The notes under the pieces: generated by a model
What the model was told of the DNA's origin: nothing
Database searches by the model: none
What the model saw: the letters and a program-made list of their open reading frames with translations, nothing else
NCBI GenBank assembly: GCA_001661245.1
Contig: KV454016.1
Location: 371,381-435,380 of the forward strand
Source: Pachysolen tannophilus NRRL Y-2460
Lineage: Eukaryota
Reading direction: 5' to 3'
DNA length: 64,000 bases
Position numbers and translations under genes: made by a program
Shown here: one piece after another, positions 44,519 to 58,767 of the stretch
How the letters are laid out: each line of letters starts with the position of its first letter
How positions within the stretch are numbered: position 1 is the stretch's first letter

Positions 44519-45733
44519 GTAGAATAAAAAAGAAAGAAAACAGGCAAACAGGAAACAGGCAAACAAAGATATACCTATTAGCTTGACTATAAACTAGTAA
44601 AAATCGCCAATCCAAAAAGATAAAGAAGCCCGAGACAATGAAATGAAACTTGAGGTTTGCAAAATTAAGTTTATCGCTAACGGCGTCATTACTTAAATAT
44701 TTTTTAAGCCCATCTATATTAGTATCACGGCTCAGGTACACTCAAACCCCAACTAACTTATATTGCAATTCCTATAAATTATCATTTTCATCATGACCAA
44801 CAAAAATAAGTATATATGGGAAATATTGATTTTAAAAAGGCTGAGCGCTAATTTTGATATAATCTTTATGGACTTGATTTTTTCATTTCCAATGATTTCA
44901 TTTCAAAAATCTATATTTAATACTAATACACGTTTGTAAATGGACTGGATTTCCCAACTAGTATGCACTAAATAATAGCCTTAAATAGCAAGCATAATAA
45001 ATAATTTAGTTATAAAAGCAGAATAACTAAAAAAAAAAAAAAAAACAAAAGAAAAAAAACAAAAATGTTTAAAAAAAATGTAAAAAAAGTACATTAAACT
45101 AATAATATATAATATTTTTAGTTCATTTTTTTAATAATTTCAGATCATTTAGTAAACATTGCGGAAAATGTACAACATTACTTTACCGCTTTAGGAAATT
45201 GATAATGTTGTACATTTTTATTTTATTTTATTTTTTTTGATTTTTGGCTCTAAAACAAAACAAAAAAAAAAATAGCAAAAAAAAAACTAATTGGGAAAAA
45301 TAGGATTCCAAAATGGGATACTAATGCTTTAAACGGTATGTTAGTTCCTAAAGAGGCAGGCCAATACCCGAAGAGGTAGATTAGGAACCTTTGATTCCTT
45401 AATACGGCAATTTCTCCAATTTTTTAATAGATTTTAACATTTTTGCCAAAAATGAGCCGCCGTGGTTTTCGTGATGGTTCTGTTGGAAACGTAAACAAAA
45501 GAAAATGAAAATAGTTGTAAAAACAAAAAAAATGGGTTGATACGCCCTTTCTCTCCTTCTCTACTATAAAGTTTTTTTTTATAAATCAAAAACAAAAACA
45601 AAAACAAAAAATAAAAACAAGGAGTATCGGCGGTTAATTTTTAAAAAAAAAAAAAATAGAAAAGAGTTGATCTGATCTTTATTGATTCTTTTTTTGTTTT
45701 TTTCTCTTTTTTGTTTGTTTGTCTTTGATTAAG

Positions 45734-48700
45734 ATGGATCATTACGATAATAAGAAAGAAGAAACAAGTGGGAAACGAGTGTCGACTCAAGATTTGAAAA
45801 CTCAATTTAGTGATTTACAAAATAAGTTCTTCAATGAAAAATCAAATTCTAATGATGTTAATAAGAAACAATCGAATTTAAGTTCTTTTGCAAGGAGGAA
45901 ATCAGTAAGTTTTCAATGGTTTATGAACCCAAAAAGAATAAAAAAAGAAAAAATTTTTTTTTCTTTCTTTCTTTCTTTCTCTTCTTGGGCTTTTGGAGTT
46001 TGGAGTTTTTACTAACATGAAGGTTTGGGTAACCCAATTTTTTTTTTATTTTTTTTTTATAGAGGGAACCAGATGCAGACAAGAGAGCTTCTTTACTGTC
46101 GATGCCAATGCCAATGCAAATGCAAATGCCGCTTATGGGCGGGAACAGCTCGCATGCTTTATCGGCCTCAGGGGGGTCATCAGGAACCTCAGGGACCTCA
46201 GCGGCAACAATGGCATCAGCGGCAGGTCAGAACGACGTTAACTTTGTTGTTGGATTGTCGGAAAACTTGTTATTAGAATGTAGGCGGTTAAATTTTGAAA
46301 ATTCAAAACTTTCAAAAGAATTGCAAGAATCAAAAAATAATCTGGATAGTATTTCAAAACAATTAAATAATATAATAACAATTAATAAAAAATTGTTAAC
46401 ACAAGAAGATGATTTAAAAGAGAAAAATTATTTATTGGAAAATACTTTTAATGATTTTAAATTAAAATATGATCAATTATTAGGTGAAAATCAAAAAACA
46501 ATTTCTAAAAATTTAGAAATTAAATCTATAAATGATAATTTAAAAAATGAATTAGAAGATTATAAAAATAAAAATTTAGAATCATCACAAAATTTTAATC
46601 AATTAAAACAACAATTGAAAAATGAAAATAAATTATTAAAATCACAAAATGAACAATTAAATGATGAAAATGATAATTTACACAAAAATTGTGTAGAATT
46701 AAAAGATGAATTGAAATCAATCAAGTCTAAACAACAATTATCTACTATCCCACTTTTACCATTTAAACAGGATTTAACCTTTAATGATAACAATAAAAGT
46801 GGTGATGATTCTTTAATTGAAGAACCTTCAAGTTCTCCTATAAGGAATATAGATAAGGATAATTTGGAATTGGAAAAAATAACCTTAAACAGTAATGTTT
46901 TACATTTAAATGAAATGATAAACAAATTGAAATCGGATAATTTAAAACTTAAATCAGAGAAAAATGAATTAGAAAAAAAATTAACAGATTCATCTATTAT
47001 AGTTCCATCTTCAAATAAAATATTATCGGGGAAAAAAATTAAACTGGATTCACCAAGATCACCAGGGTCTCAATACTCTATCCTCCCTTCAAATAGAAAC
47101 AGTAAATATGATTCATCTATGGATACCGATTGGGAAGAGTTAAACATTGCCGATAACAAACCATCCCTTTTACCACCTTTCCACGAAAATAATACTTCAT
47201 CGGATGAAGAAAGCGATTCTGGATTTGCGGAATCTTCAAAACAACAACATAGATTATTGTCTCAAGAATTGCATGAATTTGAAGCAAATCAGAATAATAC
47301 AAACGCCATAATTGATGATTATATTACTAAAAATAATTTGAAATTAATACCTATCGATCAGTATAATCGTTTGAAGAAACTAGAAATAGCACCACAACCA
47401 ACTCAATTAGAAAATTCTTCCATGATATCTGCAGCTGAGGATTTTGATATAGTGGCTTTACCTAATGTTGAAGCAGATAGTCAAAAGGATAAGACATCTT
47501 TGGAATATTTGCAACAAAAATGTAAAGAACATAACATGGTTGTTGTTAGTAATTCTGATTTTCAAAAGTTGCTCGATGATAAAGATGAATTATCCAACAA
47601 ACTCCAGTCTACATCTAATATAGAAAGACAAATAGTTGAATTGAATAGTTTGATTGGATCTTTGAAATCTGAAAAATCATCATTGATTGAAAATATCGAA
47701 CAAATCAAAGCTAATCATCAAAGTTCATTAACTACTAAAAATGATGAAGTACTACAGTTGAAGCAATCTTTAGAATCTTTGAATAATGTGAATAATGAGA
47801 ATTTATTGAAGTTAAACAGTGTTAACCTGGCACATGCCGACAAAATGAAAGATATTGCAAATTATGAGACCCAGTTGAAAGAGAAAAATCTCATGACAGC
47901 GGAATATGAAAAAGAAATTCTGTTGTTAAATGCTAATTTGGATAACATCAAGGAAACTCACACTTTTGAAATTAAAACGTTGAACGATAAAATAAAGGAT
48001 CAAGAAGTTTCTTATAGCGAGCTATTGAAACTTAAAGAGGAATTAGAAAATTCTAAATTAAATTTGACCAAACAATGTGATGATCTTCAATTATCACTTA
48101 GTAGTAAAGATATTGCAATTGATTCGCTAACTTCGGAGAAAAATGATATTACTCAAAAATTTGATCTGTTAGAGAAAGAATTCACTAGTAAAATTGCAAG
48201 CTATCAATTATTAGTAACACAAGAGCAGGAGTTGAGACAGAAATCAGATCAATTATTGAATGAAAAGGATGTGTTGATTTCAGAAAATAATACTTTAAAC
48301 AGTAATTTGGAAAAATTAGAAGGTAACTTAAAAGAATACACTGAGCTTTTGAGTTTGAAAGATAATGACATTGCTGAAATTACTTCTGACCTTAAAAATT
48401 TGAAAGCAGAACATTCAGCATTACTGGTTAATTTAAATTCTTTGTTTGCGGAAAAAGAAGAGTTGGCTAAAACTTCTGATTTACTGCTTGCCACTAAAAA
48501 TGAAGATATTTCGAACTTGACATCCCAAATAGAATCCCTAGAAGCAGACAAGACCGAATTATTGAATAAATCTACAGAATTATCTAACGACTTAGATTCT
48601 AAAACAAAAGATAAGGTGATATTAGAACCTCTGGTGTATAATATGCTTTTAAAAGATAAAAGTAATTTAGATGCAGAAATTAAAGAGATGAAGGAAAAAA

Positions 48701-51700
48701 TTACCAAAATGGATGAGGAACATAATCTGGTTCTTAAAAATAAGAATAATGAGATTAGTGAGAGTTTAAAGGAATTAGAAGCATTGAAATTTGAGAAAGA
48801 TGAATTAATCGATAAATCACAGAAGGATAATGAAAACCATGAGATGATGGTCAAACTGAAAGAAGTCGAGATTGATAAGCTCAATGCAAGTGTATTGTCC
48901 GTGGAGTCACTTCTCAAAGATCATCAAAACTCATTTAAAGACTTAATGAATGACAAAAATTCTTTGGAAATTGAAATCAAGAATATCAAAGATGAAAATG
49001 AAGCTCTATCAAGTAAGATTGTGGAATTGGAAAGTTCTTATAATAATTCGGTGGAAATGGAGAATTTGTTGAAATCTGAAAAGGCAGAATTAATAGATAA
49101 GGAGGTTAAAGTGAGAGATGAGTATAACTTAACATTACAATCCAAACAGGAAGAAGTCAACGTCTTAACTAAAAGATTGGAGTCAATAGATGATTTAAAA
49201 CCAATTGTTGAAGCAATGAACTTTGTTATTCTCGACAAGGATGAATACGATTCCTTAGTCAAATTATCCGAAGAAGAATTGTCGTTGGATGAATTAAAGG
49301 AAAAAGCGAAATCGTTTAATATGGAACTATTACCGTGCGAGAGATCTTCACCAGCAGCATCAAAAGTTTCATTAAGTAAAGCAAAGTTTGAGGAACTTAT
49401 AAAGAAGGAGCAACAAACGGATGAAAATTTCAGTGTAATGAACACTATCAAGTCGTTAGGTTTTGTTACTTTGAATAATAGTGACTACAAAAGGTTGGTT
49501 GAGAACCAGAAAGAATACACGCCAACGATTTCGGATGTTTATAATGCAGCTAAAGGTTTTAACTTGACTGTTATGCCGACTGCGGAATATAAAGATTTAC
49601 TAAAGAGACGTTTAGAACCAACAACTGCTGAAGAACTTGCCATTTTGAGTAAAAGATTAGGGTACAGAATAGTACCAATACTTGATCCTTCATTAAATAA
49701 AGGAGATGGTGTTTCTAGTTTATTGAGCAGCAGTACTGATGACGATGATTTTGAAGATGCGGCTAGTCATTTACCCTCACTTTCAGACAATAAAAGCGAC
49801 CATAGCATATCTAAACTATCAATTAATGAATTCAGTGATGCTGATGAAGAATATGAGAGATTATTACTTCGGGCTAAAAGCTTCGGTTATGATCTCATTC
49901 CAATTGGCGAGGTCGATGATAGAATGCATCTTTCTAGAAGATACGTTGAGAGTGATCAGGAAACAATAGAAAGTAAATCAACTGAGGAAGATGCCGAAGA
50001 TACTATTCATGGACCTATTTTTGAATCAGGTGCTACGTACGAAGCATCTAAAGACGGCTTCATCAGCATTCCAACAGAAGACTTCGAGTTATTGTCATCT
50101 ACAAAGATTTTGAGTATGACGGAAATCTCTAAGATTGTCAATAACAGAGGCTATGTATTGATAAAAGAAAACGAATTAGAAGAACTTAAATCTGAACTTA
50201 CAACGAAGAGTAACGACCATGCTGTTTTGAAAAATGAACTTATGTCTATTAAAAAAACCAAAAATGAGGAACTTCCCGCAAAAGAGGATTTAGTAAATGG
50301 ATTGAGTCAGTTTGGTATGGTTGCAGTTAACGTAGATGACTATAATAACTTGCTATCTCAATTGAAAAAATTAGAGAACAATCCACAATTAGATACATTA
50401 GAATCTGTCACGACTCTGGCTTCGGGTCTTGGATTGGTAACTTTAAGCCTCGAAGAGTATAATGCATTAAAAGAGAAATCCGAAAACAATGTATTTTCAC
50501 TTGATGATGCTAAACACCTTGCATCTGAAAATGGCATGGCTATAATTACTTTTTCAAGGTTACAGAAACTTGAGAAATTTGAACTGAATAAAGAAAATAT
50601 AACAGAAGCTGATCTTATCAAACATGCACCGGAGTTTGGATTGGCTGTTATCCCTCATTCAGAACTATCTAAAGTTAATCGTATATCAGCAACATCTAAT
50701 GATTTAAGCGAACAAAGGTTGATTGAGCGTGCGAACGAATTAGGGCTTGTTGTTATTTCTAAAGATGAGCTAGCTGAGTTGAAGACTCCTGGTTCAAATA
50801 TTTCACCAAATGATTTAGCAATGAAGGCTGCTGAATTTGATTTAGTTCTCGTTTCGCAGTCGTCATATGATGATTTGAAGAAAGCTGCCATTTCTAATGA
50901 TCATTTTAAGGCTACCAGCAAAGAAGACATTCAAACTCTTGCAAAAGGTTTTGGATTACTATGTGTTCCAGAATCATCGTTTGTTGCCACCACTGTCTCA
51001 AGGCATCCGGATGTTGACAATGTTGTTGTCGTTCCAACAACTTACTATAACAAATTATCAAGATGTCTTTCACTTTCAGTTGAAAGAATTTCGAAGTCCC
51101 AATTACTGGAACATGCAAAGAAGCGTGGTTTAATTCTTGTTGAAGACCGTCAAGCTTCAAGTGATCTGGGTAGTGTGTCTTTGGCCGCTTATCAAAGTCC
51201 AGTAATTGGCGATAACATGAACGAAACTGAATTGAAAAGTTATTCTGGAAAACCGTTTAATCAAGTTCCGCGTGCGGAATCTATCAATGGTAATTTGATC
51301 AATTCTCCTTCACATTTCTCCCTTTCAACTAACATTTCATTAACAGATCGGAATATGATACCAGCACTTACGCAGACTATTATAGGGGAGTATTTACACA
51401 AGTACTATCGTCGTCTTGGTCCCTTTAGTTCAATTTCTGAAAATCGTCACGAGAGGTATTTCTGGATTCATCCATATAGCTTAACGCTATACTGGTGTAA
51501 TAAAAACCCAGTATTTGGTGATCCTTCGTCAAATAAGATTCGTGCGCTAGCCATATTAGCCGTTGATAGTGTTGAAGATAACAACCCACTTCCTCCAGGA
51601 TTATACCATAAGAGTATTATTGTTCGTTCATCGGACAGAAATATCAAAATTACATGTCCTACAAGACAACGTCATAACATTTGGTACAATTCTTTACGTT

Positions 51701-51924
51701 ATTTAATTGAGAGAACAACCGATGGATTAGTTTTTGATGATAACGGAGAAGATCGAAATGATGACAATTACACTGCAGATGAATTCGTGCATTATGATAG
51801 AGCTAATGAACAATTCCGTCATTCTAAGCCAAGAGCAACTTCAAATGCATTTCCTCATAAGGGTATTCGCTCATTATCTAATTCTATTAGTAAACAATCG
51901 CTTTTTTCAGGTCCAAAGACTTAA
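45734..51924 (+). CDS. NUM1: nuclear migration protein / cortical dynein anchor; exons 45734-45904 and 46063-51924
   Basis: GLSENLLLECRRL coiled-coil start, degenerate Num1 repeats, C-terminal PH domain (IIGEYLHKYYRR, HERYFWIHPY, CPTRQRHNIW); phase-0 intron GTAAGT...TACTAAC(46010)...TAG. Confidence 0.92.
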
Positions 51925-52303
51925 TCATGATACACTTTTTCTTTATTTCGTTTTTTTTTTTTTCTTTGTTTTGTTTTGTTTTTTGTTTTTGTTCTTGACA
52001 AACATTTCTAGTATGTATATATTAATATATAATTGACGATCTTTATATGAAACTTTCTACATTTTTAGATTAAATTCCCTTCATATTCACGGATTCAAAG
52101 TTATTAAAATAAAATTTACACATGTCAGCAAAACATAAAAAATTATAAAAAGATAAATAAAACACAAAACAATGATATCTAAATGAGATCGACGTTTTTT
52201 TAAAAATAAAAAAGTAAATAGACAAATTAGATGAAGACAACACATCATTATCAATAGAATCAATCAAGTTCTTTAAAATCTCCATTCTCATTTTGTTTGT
52301 TCT

Positions 52304-52341
<38 letters not shown>

Positions 52342-52449
52342 ATATTTGTCCATTTATTGGGAAAGTGTCATATCAACAACTTATTTATTCATTTATCTTA
52401 ATTCACCTGCATTTATTTATTTATTTATTTTTTCTCATTCTTCATCTTT

Positions 52450-53128
52450 TTATTCTTCATCTCCTTCTTCATTATCATCTTCATCATCTACTAAAGCATC
52501 GAATGCATTAAATGTAACTGTATTTTTATCTGCAATTACATCTCTTGGATCTGCTGGTTTCGAGCTACCAATATTTTTATTATTTGGCTTTGCTTTAACA
52601 AAAGAATCTTTGACTGATTCTCTGAAAACATCTCTTGAAACTTCACCTTCAGCTGAACCAAAGGATTTCTTTGTCTTTGCAGTTGTGATCCACCCATCTG
52701 CATCTGGTCTTGGTAAAAACTCTTTATGTTTATTTTTCCTGAAAATTGGACGATGATCTGAATTAATTATTATTATTATTATTATTATGAATGATAAGGT
52801 CAGTATATAAATATGAATATATATAATAAATTAAACTATTTGTCTAAACCTCATTTTTACTTACGATTTGCTGAAGATCTTCTTCTGCCATTTGGAAAAT
52901 GATTTCTAATTGTATTATAAATTCAAATTGTGAGTAATTATATCTCAAGGAAAAACCACTAAAATAATCTTAAACTCTGGAAATTACTTACTCATCATTT
53001 TCACATACTGCTGCTAATGCAACTTTAACATCTTCAACCATTTTTACAAAACCTGAAAGGTCCGCACCTTGTGGAAGAGATCCTGCATCTTTATACTTGA
53101 GTAATTCTTCTTCAGTATATCTGACCAT
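52450..53128 (-). CDS. CAF20: eIF4E-binding protein p20; exons 53128-52992, 52905-52865, 52757-52450 (absent from the ORF track)
   Basis: MVRYTEEELL (YxxxxL-phi), GRRRSS, DADGW, KPNNKNIGSSKPADPRDVIADK...FNAFDAL; two GTAAGT...YAG introns with TACTCAC/TACTGAC branch points that keep the frame. Confidence 0.93.
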
Positions 53129-53566
53129 CATACACTTTCTTTAATCAAAAAGAAAAATAAAAGCAAATTACCTAAAAAGTTGATCTAGAATAAAAACAGA
53201 TTCAAAAAACCCATATAAATTTTAATCAATAGTTAATTGTTCTGTGGAAACCCATCTGAATTCTTCAAATTTTTCACTTTTTTTTTTTCTTCTTTTTTGA
53301 CAAAATGAAAAGGAAAAAGTTGAGCGTTAGCACACGACCACAAAAATTTTAGCAAATCGCTCTGATGGTGAAACGATTACTGATTTTAGATGGAGATATG
53401 GAGACGACGACAACGATGATTATGGTGATAATGTTAGAGTAGAATATACAGTATTTTTTGGTTATGTAATGCTCTATAGTAGATAGAAAAGCATGAAAAG
53501 CATGAAAAGCATGAAAAAAAAAAAAGAAAAGAAAAACAAAAACAAAAAAAACAAAAAAAGATCTAT

Positions 53567-56220
53567 TTAAACAGTGACCAATCTCCCACGTCTAAAGCTT
53601 TCGTTATTGACATTATCTTCATCACTACTCAAGTCTCCATCGACATCTAGTTCGGCTAAGAAAGAGCCTACGTCATTGACAATTTTACTTGAAACCATAC
53701 TTGAGCCATCGAGAAAGTTGTTGCTAATACCATTACCGTTGCCATTATTATTGCCATTATCGTTGCTGCTATTTGGTTTCCCGCCACCATTGCTGGATAT
53801 CTGTGATCTCAAATTGCTGCCGCTAATTGCCTGTCTTAAATCTGTTGTTCTAGGCGCACCGTTATTGTGTCTATGTGTATGTGCAGAAGAAGCAAACATT
53901 GAAGTAGGCGTGAAAGACCTATTCATAATGCTTGATGAGTAAATGCTCCGAATTTCTAAATGGTTGTTTGGTAAATTTGAGTTGGTGGTAGTAGAGGAGG
54001 AAGTTAATGTTCCATTAGGGTCAAGCTCTTGCAGTTGTAATTGCAATTGCAGTTGCAGTTGCAGTTGGTCTAGGGACAAAGAAACCATGTTCAAATGAGA
54101 TCTATTTCCAGTAGAAGATGCAAGTGTATTACTTCTTGGAATGCTAACAATGTAATCTTGGGACTGATGATCATTTAACGATTTGTGAATATCTATCCAA
54201 TTTGTTATTTTATCTTCATCGTTTGTTTGATGATATTGTACTAAATATTTTTTAACATCTTGCCTGGATAATATCAACTGTGATGTAGAAGATTCAAATG
54301 ATTCAGATGGATTTGATACATCATTAATAATAATTTCATTACTCCACAAGTTTTTCTCTTTACGATATTTAATTTTGTTAATAATAACTTGAGTTAAATT
54401 ATTCAACTTTAAAAATAAAGATGAGTGATAAATGAAATAATATCCAATTGAATCTTTTAAAATTTCCTTTTCTGTGAATTCCATAGGATTTTCTTCTGAT
54501 AATTGCCATTCAAAGAAAAAGGGTAAACCATTAGCAATAGCGTTAATACCAAATTTTGTTATTGATAAATCTAATAATTCCAATAATTGTAAAATTTTTT
54601 CTGTTTCAATTTTTTGTAAAAGTAAATAATCATGAATTGTATTAAAAAATTTAAACAATGGATTTTTAAAATCATTAGAAATATAATGATTATAATTTGG
54701 CTGTAAATACAATTCATTACTATCGTTTAATTCATATTTTAAAAAAATCTTTGTTATCTTGAAAAATTTACTACAAATCTCATGATCTTTATCTATTAAA
54801 AACTTGAAACAATCTTCCAAGCTTTCAAGATCACAATGATTTCTTTGCTTTGTGATTAGGCTATTACCATCATAATCATAACAATGATTGAAAACCGTTA
54901 GTATATCGCCTAATACAGTTAATACCAAATCGTTATTTCTCTTTGAGACACCGCCAGCGACATCGTTAATAATCTTCAACAAATCGTTAATCATATCACT
55001 GATTTGATTTTTATAATAAATGTGACTAGTCAATGAACCAATACAAGTTGTATAACTTTGAACTAATGCGTCATCTTTTTCAATTTCTGATTTCTCTAAT
55101 AATGTCAACTGACCATCAACTAGACTTTTCAAAGTATCTGGTATAACCAACCCAATTAATGTAACACTTGAAGTTAATAAACTATTAATCTTATTTGTTA
55201 ATATAAATTTTTTTTATAATCTTTAGATGTTTTCAATTTTTCCAATAAATTTTCCAAAAATTTAAACCTTAATTGAATTGGAGTCCAAGAAGTTGCCAAT
55301 TGAATTAATGAATCTGTCCATCCATTATTAATCGAGTCACTATATTTCAAAATATATGTAATCAATGAATTTGATGATATATTTAACTGGACTTCAACAG
55401 ATAAAGATGTTGAATCAAATAAAGATCTCAAAGATTCCAAGGCCTCATCATTGACACTAGTTTCAGAATCATCTGTTTTATCATGGACAACTGAATAAGC
55501 AGAGCGTGTAGTTGTAATTTTTTTAACTCCAAAACTATTGGTCCTTCTTAATTCATCACCATTGGTATTTGATATATATGGTCTTAACTTTGAATTTAAA
55601 ATATCATCTCTATGATCAATGTTAGACAAGAGTAAAGGCATACATGTATCAATTAAATCTTGAGATACAGCAGTATTATAACCAATACAATAACTAAAAC
55701 ATCTAATAGACTTCAATCCTATAATTATCCATTCTTTTACATTAGGTTCTATTGGGTGAAATCCAAAATTTAAAAAACTTCTTGCTAAATCATCAAATTT
55801 TGCTAATAAATCTTTATCACCATTAAATAAATCACTCCTAATTTTTGAACAAAAATTCTTAAATATTATTAAACAATATTGACATAATGATAAATCTTTT
55901 GTCAATAATATATATTTAAAAATAACCAACAAATTACTTGAAAAAACATCCAAATTATCAGAACATTTATCAATTAAATTCTTTATGATATCCAATGAAA
56001 CCAATAAATTACCACTTCTACTATGATTATAATCATTAATAACTTTCTTTTGTAAAAAAGTACCAATTTTTAATAATTTAGTTCTTCTTGTAGTAGCATA
56101 GTAAAGTAAATAACTCAATTCAGATGGATTGGGCTTTTTATCAACATTCTTCCCCGGAGGATAGCATTGCAATATTAATCGCTGGTGCTTCGACTTCAAA
56201 GATAGCTTCATCATCTGCAT
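53567..56220 (-). CDS. EFR3: Stt4 PI4-kinase complex subunit, split by a 1-nt frameshift at A8 (55208-55215)
   Basis: KHQRLILQCYP...KPNPSELSYLLYYATTRRTKL, WTPIQLRF, SLLTSSVTLIGL, HIYYKNQISDMI; adding one A joins the ORFs; adjacent to CEF1. Confidence 0.92.
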
Positions 56221-56510
56221 TCAACCCAGCAGCTACTCTTCTATCAAAAACTCAATCTTATTCAAATTGAAATTGAAATTTAATTGTGTGTTGGTATTAT
56301 TCTCGGCGCTTTTTTCTTTTTATTTTTTTTTTTTTTTTGGGTTAATTTTTATATGAAAAATATTTTGACAAAAATTAATCAGTTTTAACTAAATTACATC
56401 AACAAATTGAAATCTTTATAGAGATATTATAAGTTATAATTTAAGCTATCTAGATTGTCTAGGTTTGGTACTTTGATAGTTTGATAGTTTGGATTAAGTT
56501 GGTGAGAAAG

Positions 56511-58658
56511 ATGGCACCTGTGTATGTGAAAGGAGGGATTTGGACAAATGTTGAAGATGAGATATTGAAGGCATCTATATCTAAGTATGGGTTAAACCAA
56601 TGGGCTAGGGTTTCTTCTTTATTGGCTAAAAAGACTGCTAAACAGTGTAAGGCCAGATGGTTTGAGTGGTTGGATCCAACTATAAAGAAATTAGAATGGT
56701 CTGCAGAAGAGGATGAAAAGTTATTAAGATTGGTAAAATTATTACCTAACCAATGGAGATCCATTGCACCTATTGTTGGAAGAACTCCAACACAATGTAT
56801 TGAAAGATATCAGAAATTATTGGATGAGATGAATGACGAAACTACATCTAATGAATTGGGACTACAAGGCTCAGGAATTGAAACGATGCTGCCAGTTGGT
56901 AGGAATTTACGAATAGGTGATATAAACGCTAATCCAGAAAGTAAACCTGCAAGACCAGATGCTGTTAATATGGATGATGAAGAAAAGGAAATGTTATCCG
57001 AAGCTAGAGCTAGATTAGCCAATACACAGGGGAAAAAAGCGAAAAGAAAGGCAAGGGAAAGAATGTTGGATGAGAGTAGAAGAATTTCTTTGTTACAAAA
57101 AAGAAGAGAATTGAAAAATGCTGGTATTAATATTAAATTGAAAAAAAATAAAAAAAATGATAATAGAATTGATTATAATGCAGATATTCCATTATATCAG
57201 AAACCTCCAACTGGGTTTTTCGATACTTCGGAAGAAATTGAAAATAATTTGAGAGAACAACATAATTTTGAAAATAAAGTAAAACTGGAAGGAATTAAAA
57301 ATATAGAATTTGAAAAACAAACTAAAAATGAAAAAAGAAAGAAACAAAATGAAAGGAAACGGAGAGATAATCAACAGAATGAAAATCAGATTGAAGAAAA
57401 CATCACGAAGAGAAGAAAATTGGTTTTACCAAAACCTGAAATTTCTTCAAACGAATTGGACGCGATTATTAAAGTTACTGATAATAATAATAATAATGAA
57501 CTGATTTCCGAAAATGATAATTATATAGGAGATTTTGCATTGAAGCATTTGCTGACAGGTTTAGATGAATCAAGGGGAAAAGATACCTATAAAAGTGAAG
57601 AACAAGTGGGAAAAGGAATTAAAACAGAAATGCAAGATTTTCAACAAAGAACAGAACTGCAGAATTTATTGCCTAGTTCAAAATCCTTCCCAACAGTTCA
57701 AGACTCAAATAAAGTCTTTCAGGTGACTGAAAGTAATGAGAAAAGTAAAGAAAGTTCATTGGAAGTTAAAAACTTTGATCTCCTGGCATTATTCGGTTCA
57801 TTACCAAAGCCTGAGCATGACTATGAATCAATACTTCCCGAACTCATAGATGATATTTCAGAGGAAGATGAAGAAGATGAACAATTGGAGCTTGTAAATA
57901 ATAAACATGCACATTTTCTGGAAATCGTGGATGAAGGTGAACGCTCAAGACTATTAGAGATTGCTCAAAAACAAGAAATGGAAAAAGCCGCATCAAGGAG
58001 GTCACAAGTATTACAGAGAAGCCTACCGATACCCAACATTTTGGAAGAGGGTATTAAATTGAAAAAGTTGCCATATTCAGATGAAATTGATTCTACCATT
58101 AATGATGTTATGACTCAGTTAATAAGGTCAGATTTCGTGAAGAAAAATAATATTACTACGCTGAATGTCCTGTTATTGGATGATTTGGATGACGAAATTA
58201 AAACTGAAATTGACCAAAAAATTAGAGAAGAAGAGCTTCAAATGCCAAGTTCGCTTTCCATATACAAGAATACAATCTTTGACTATTACTCCAATGAGAA
58301 TTATAGATTACCTGGCTTAAATGGTACTCCAGCTCCACCTTTGAAACAAGTTCAATTGTTAATTGAAAATCTAAAAACTATATCTTCAAAATCTTCGATT
58401 TTAGAAAATAGGTTTAGGGAAAAAAATGAGAGTTATGAAATGATTAATAAGGAATTAATTTCGGAAAACGAGCAAATAGTGAAAAATCTTATGGAGAAGG
58501 ATTTAGAATATGCTGTCTATGAGAAAATGCTAGCCATGGAAAAATTAGCCATAGAAAACAGAAGAAGCTTTTTGCAGGAAAGCGTTGATCAATTAGTTAG
58601 AGCAGAAACTTTTGGACAAATGAGGTACGAAGAATTGAAAAATACGAATACAGATTAG
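56511..58658 (+). CDS. CEF1: Prp19-complex Myb splicing factor (CDC5L)
   Basis: [56 protein letters not shown]. Confidence 0.97.
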   Translation: MAPVYVKGGIWTNVEDEILKASISKYGLNQWARVSSLLAKKTAKQCKARWFEWLDPTIKKLEWSAEEDEKLLRLVKLLPNQWRSIAPIVGRTPTQCIERYQKLLDEMNDETTSNELGLQGSGIETMLPVGRNLRIGDINANPESKPARPDAVNMDDEEKEMLSEARARLANTQGKKAKRKARERMLDESRRISLLQKRRELKNAGINIKLKKNKKNDNRIDYNADIPLYQKPPTGFFDTSEEIENNLREQHNFENKVKLEGIKNIEFEKQTKNEKRKKQNERKRRDNQQNENQIEENITKRRKLVLPKPEISSNELDAIIKVTDNNNNNELISENDNYIGDFALKHLLTGLDESRGKDTYKSEEQVGKGIKTEMQDFQQRTELQNLLPSSKSFPTVQDSNKVFQVTESNEKSKESSLEVKNFDLLALFGSLPKPEHDYESILPELIDDISEEDEEDEQLELVNNKHAHFLEIVDEGERSRLLEIAQKQEMEKAASRRSQVLQRSLPIPNILEEGIKLKKLPYSDEIDSTINDVMTQLIRSDFVKKNNITTLNVLLLDDLDDEIKTEIDQKIREEELQMPSSLSIYKNTIFDYYSNENYRLPGLNGTPAPPLKQVQLLIENLKTISSKSSILENRFREKNESYEMINKELISENEQIVKNLMEKDLEYAVYEKMLAMEKLAIENRRSFLQESVDQLVRAETFGQMRYEELKNTNTD

Positions 58659-58767
58659 GTTTATAGCTACTTTAAATTTTTTTAATCTTTTTAATTTTCA
58701 CAAAATGTAAGTAGAATTAAATAAATTATATACGTAGTATTAGAGTACAACAAAAGTATGCAATGTT

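Noticed and set aside
52346..52756. 136-aa + strand ORF
   Set aside because: It is the antisense of CAF20 exon 3.
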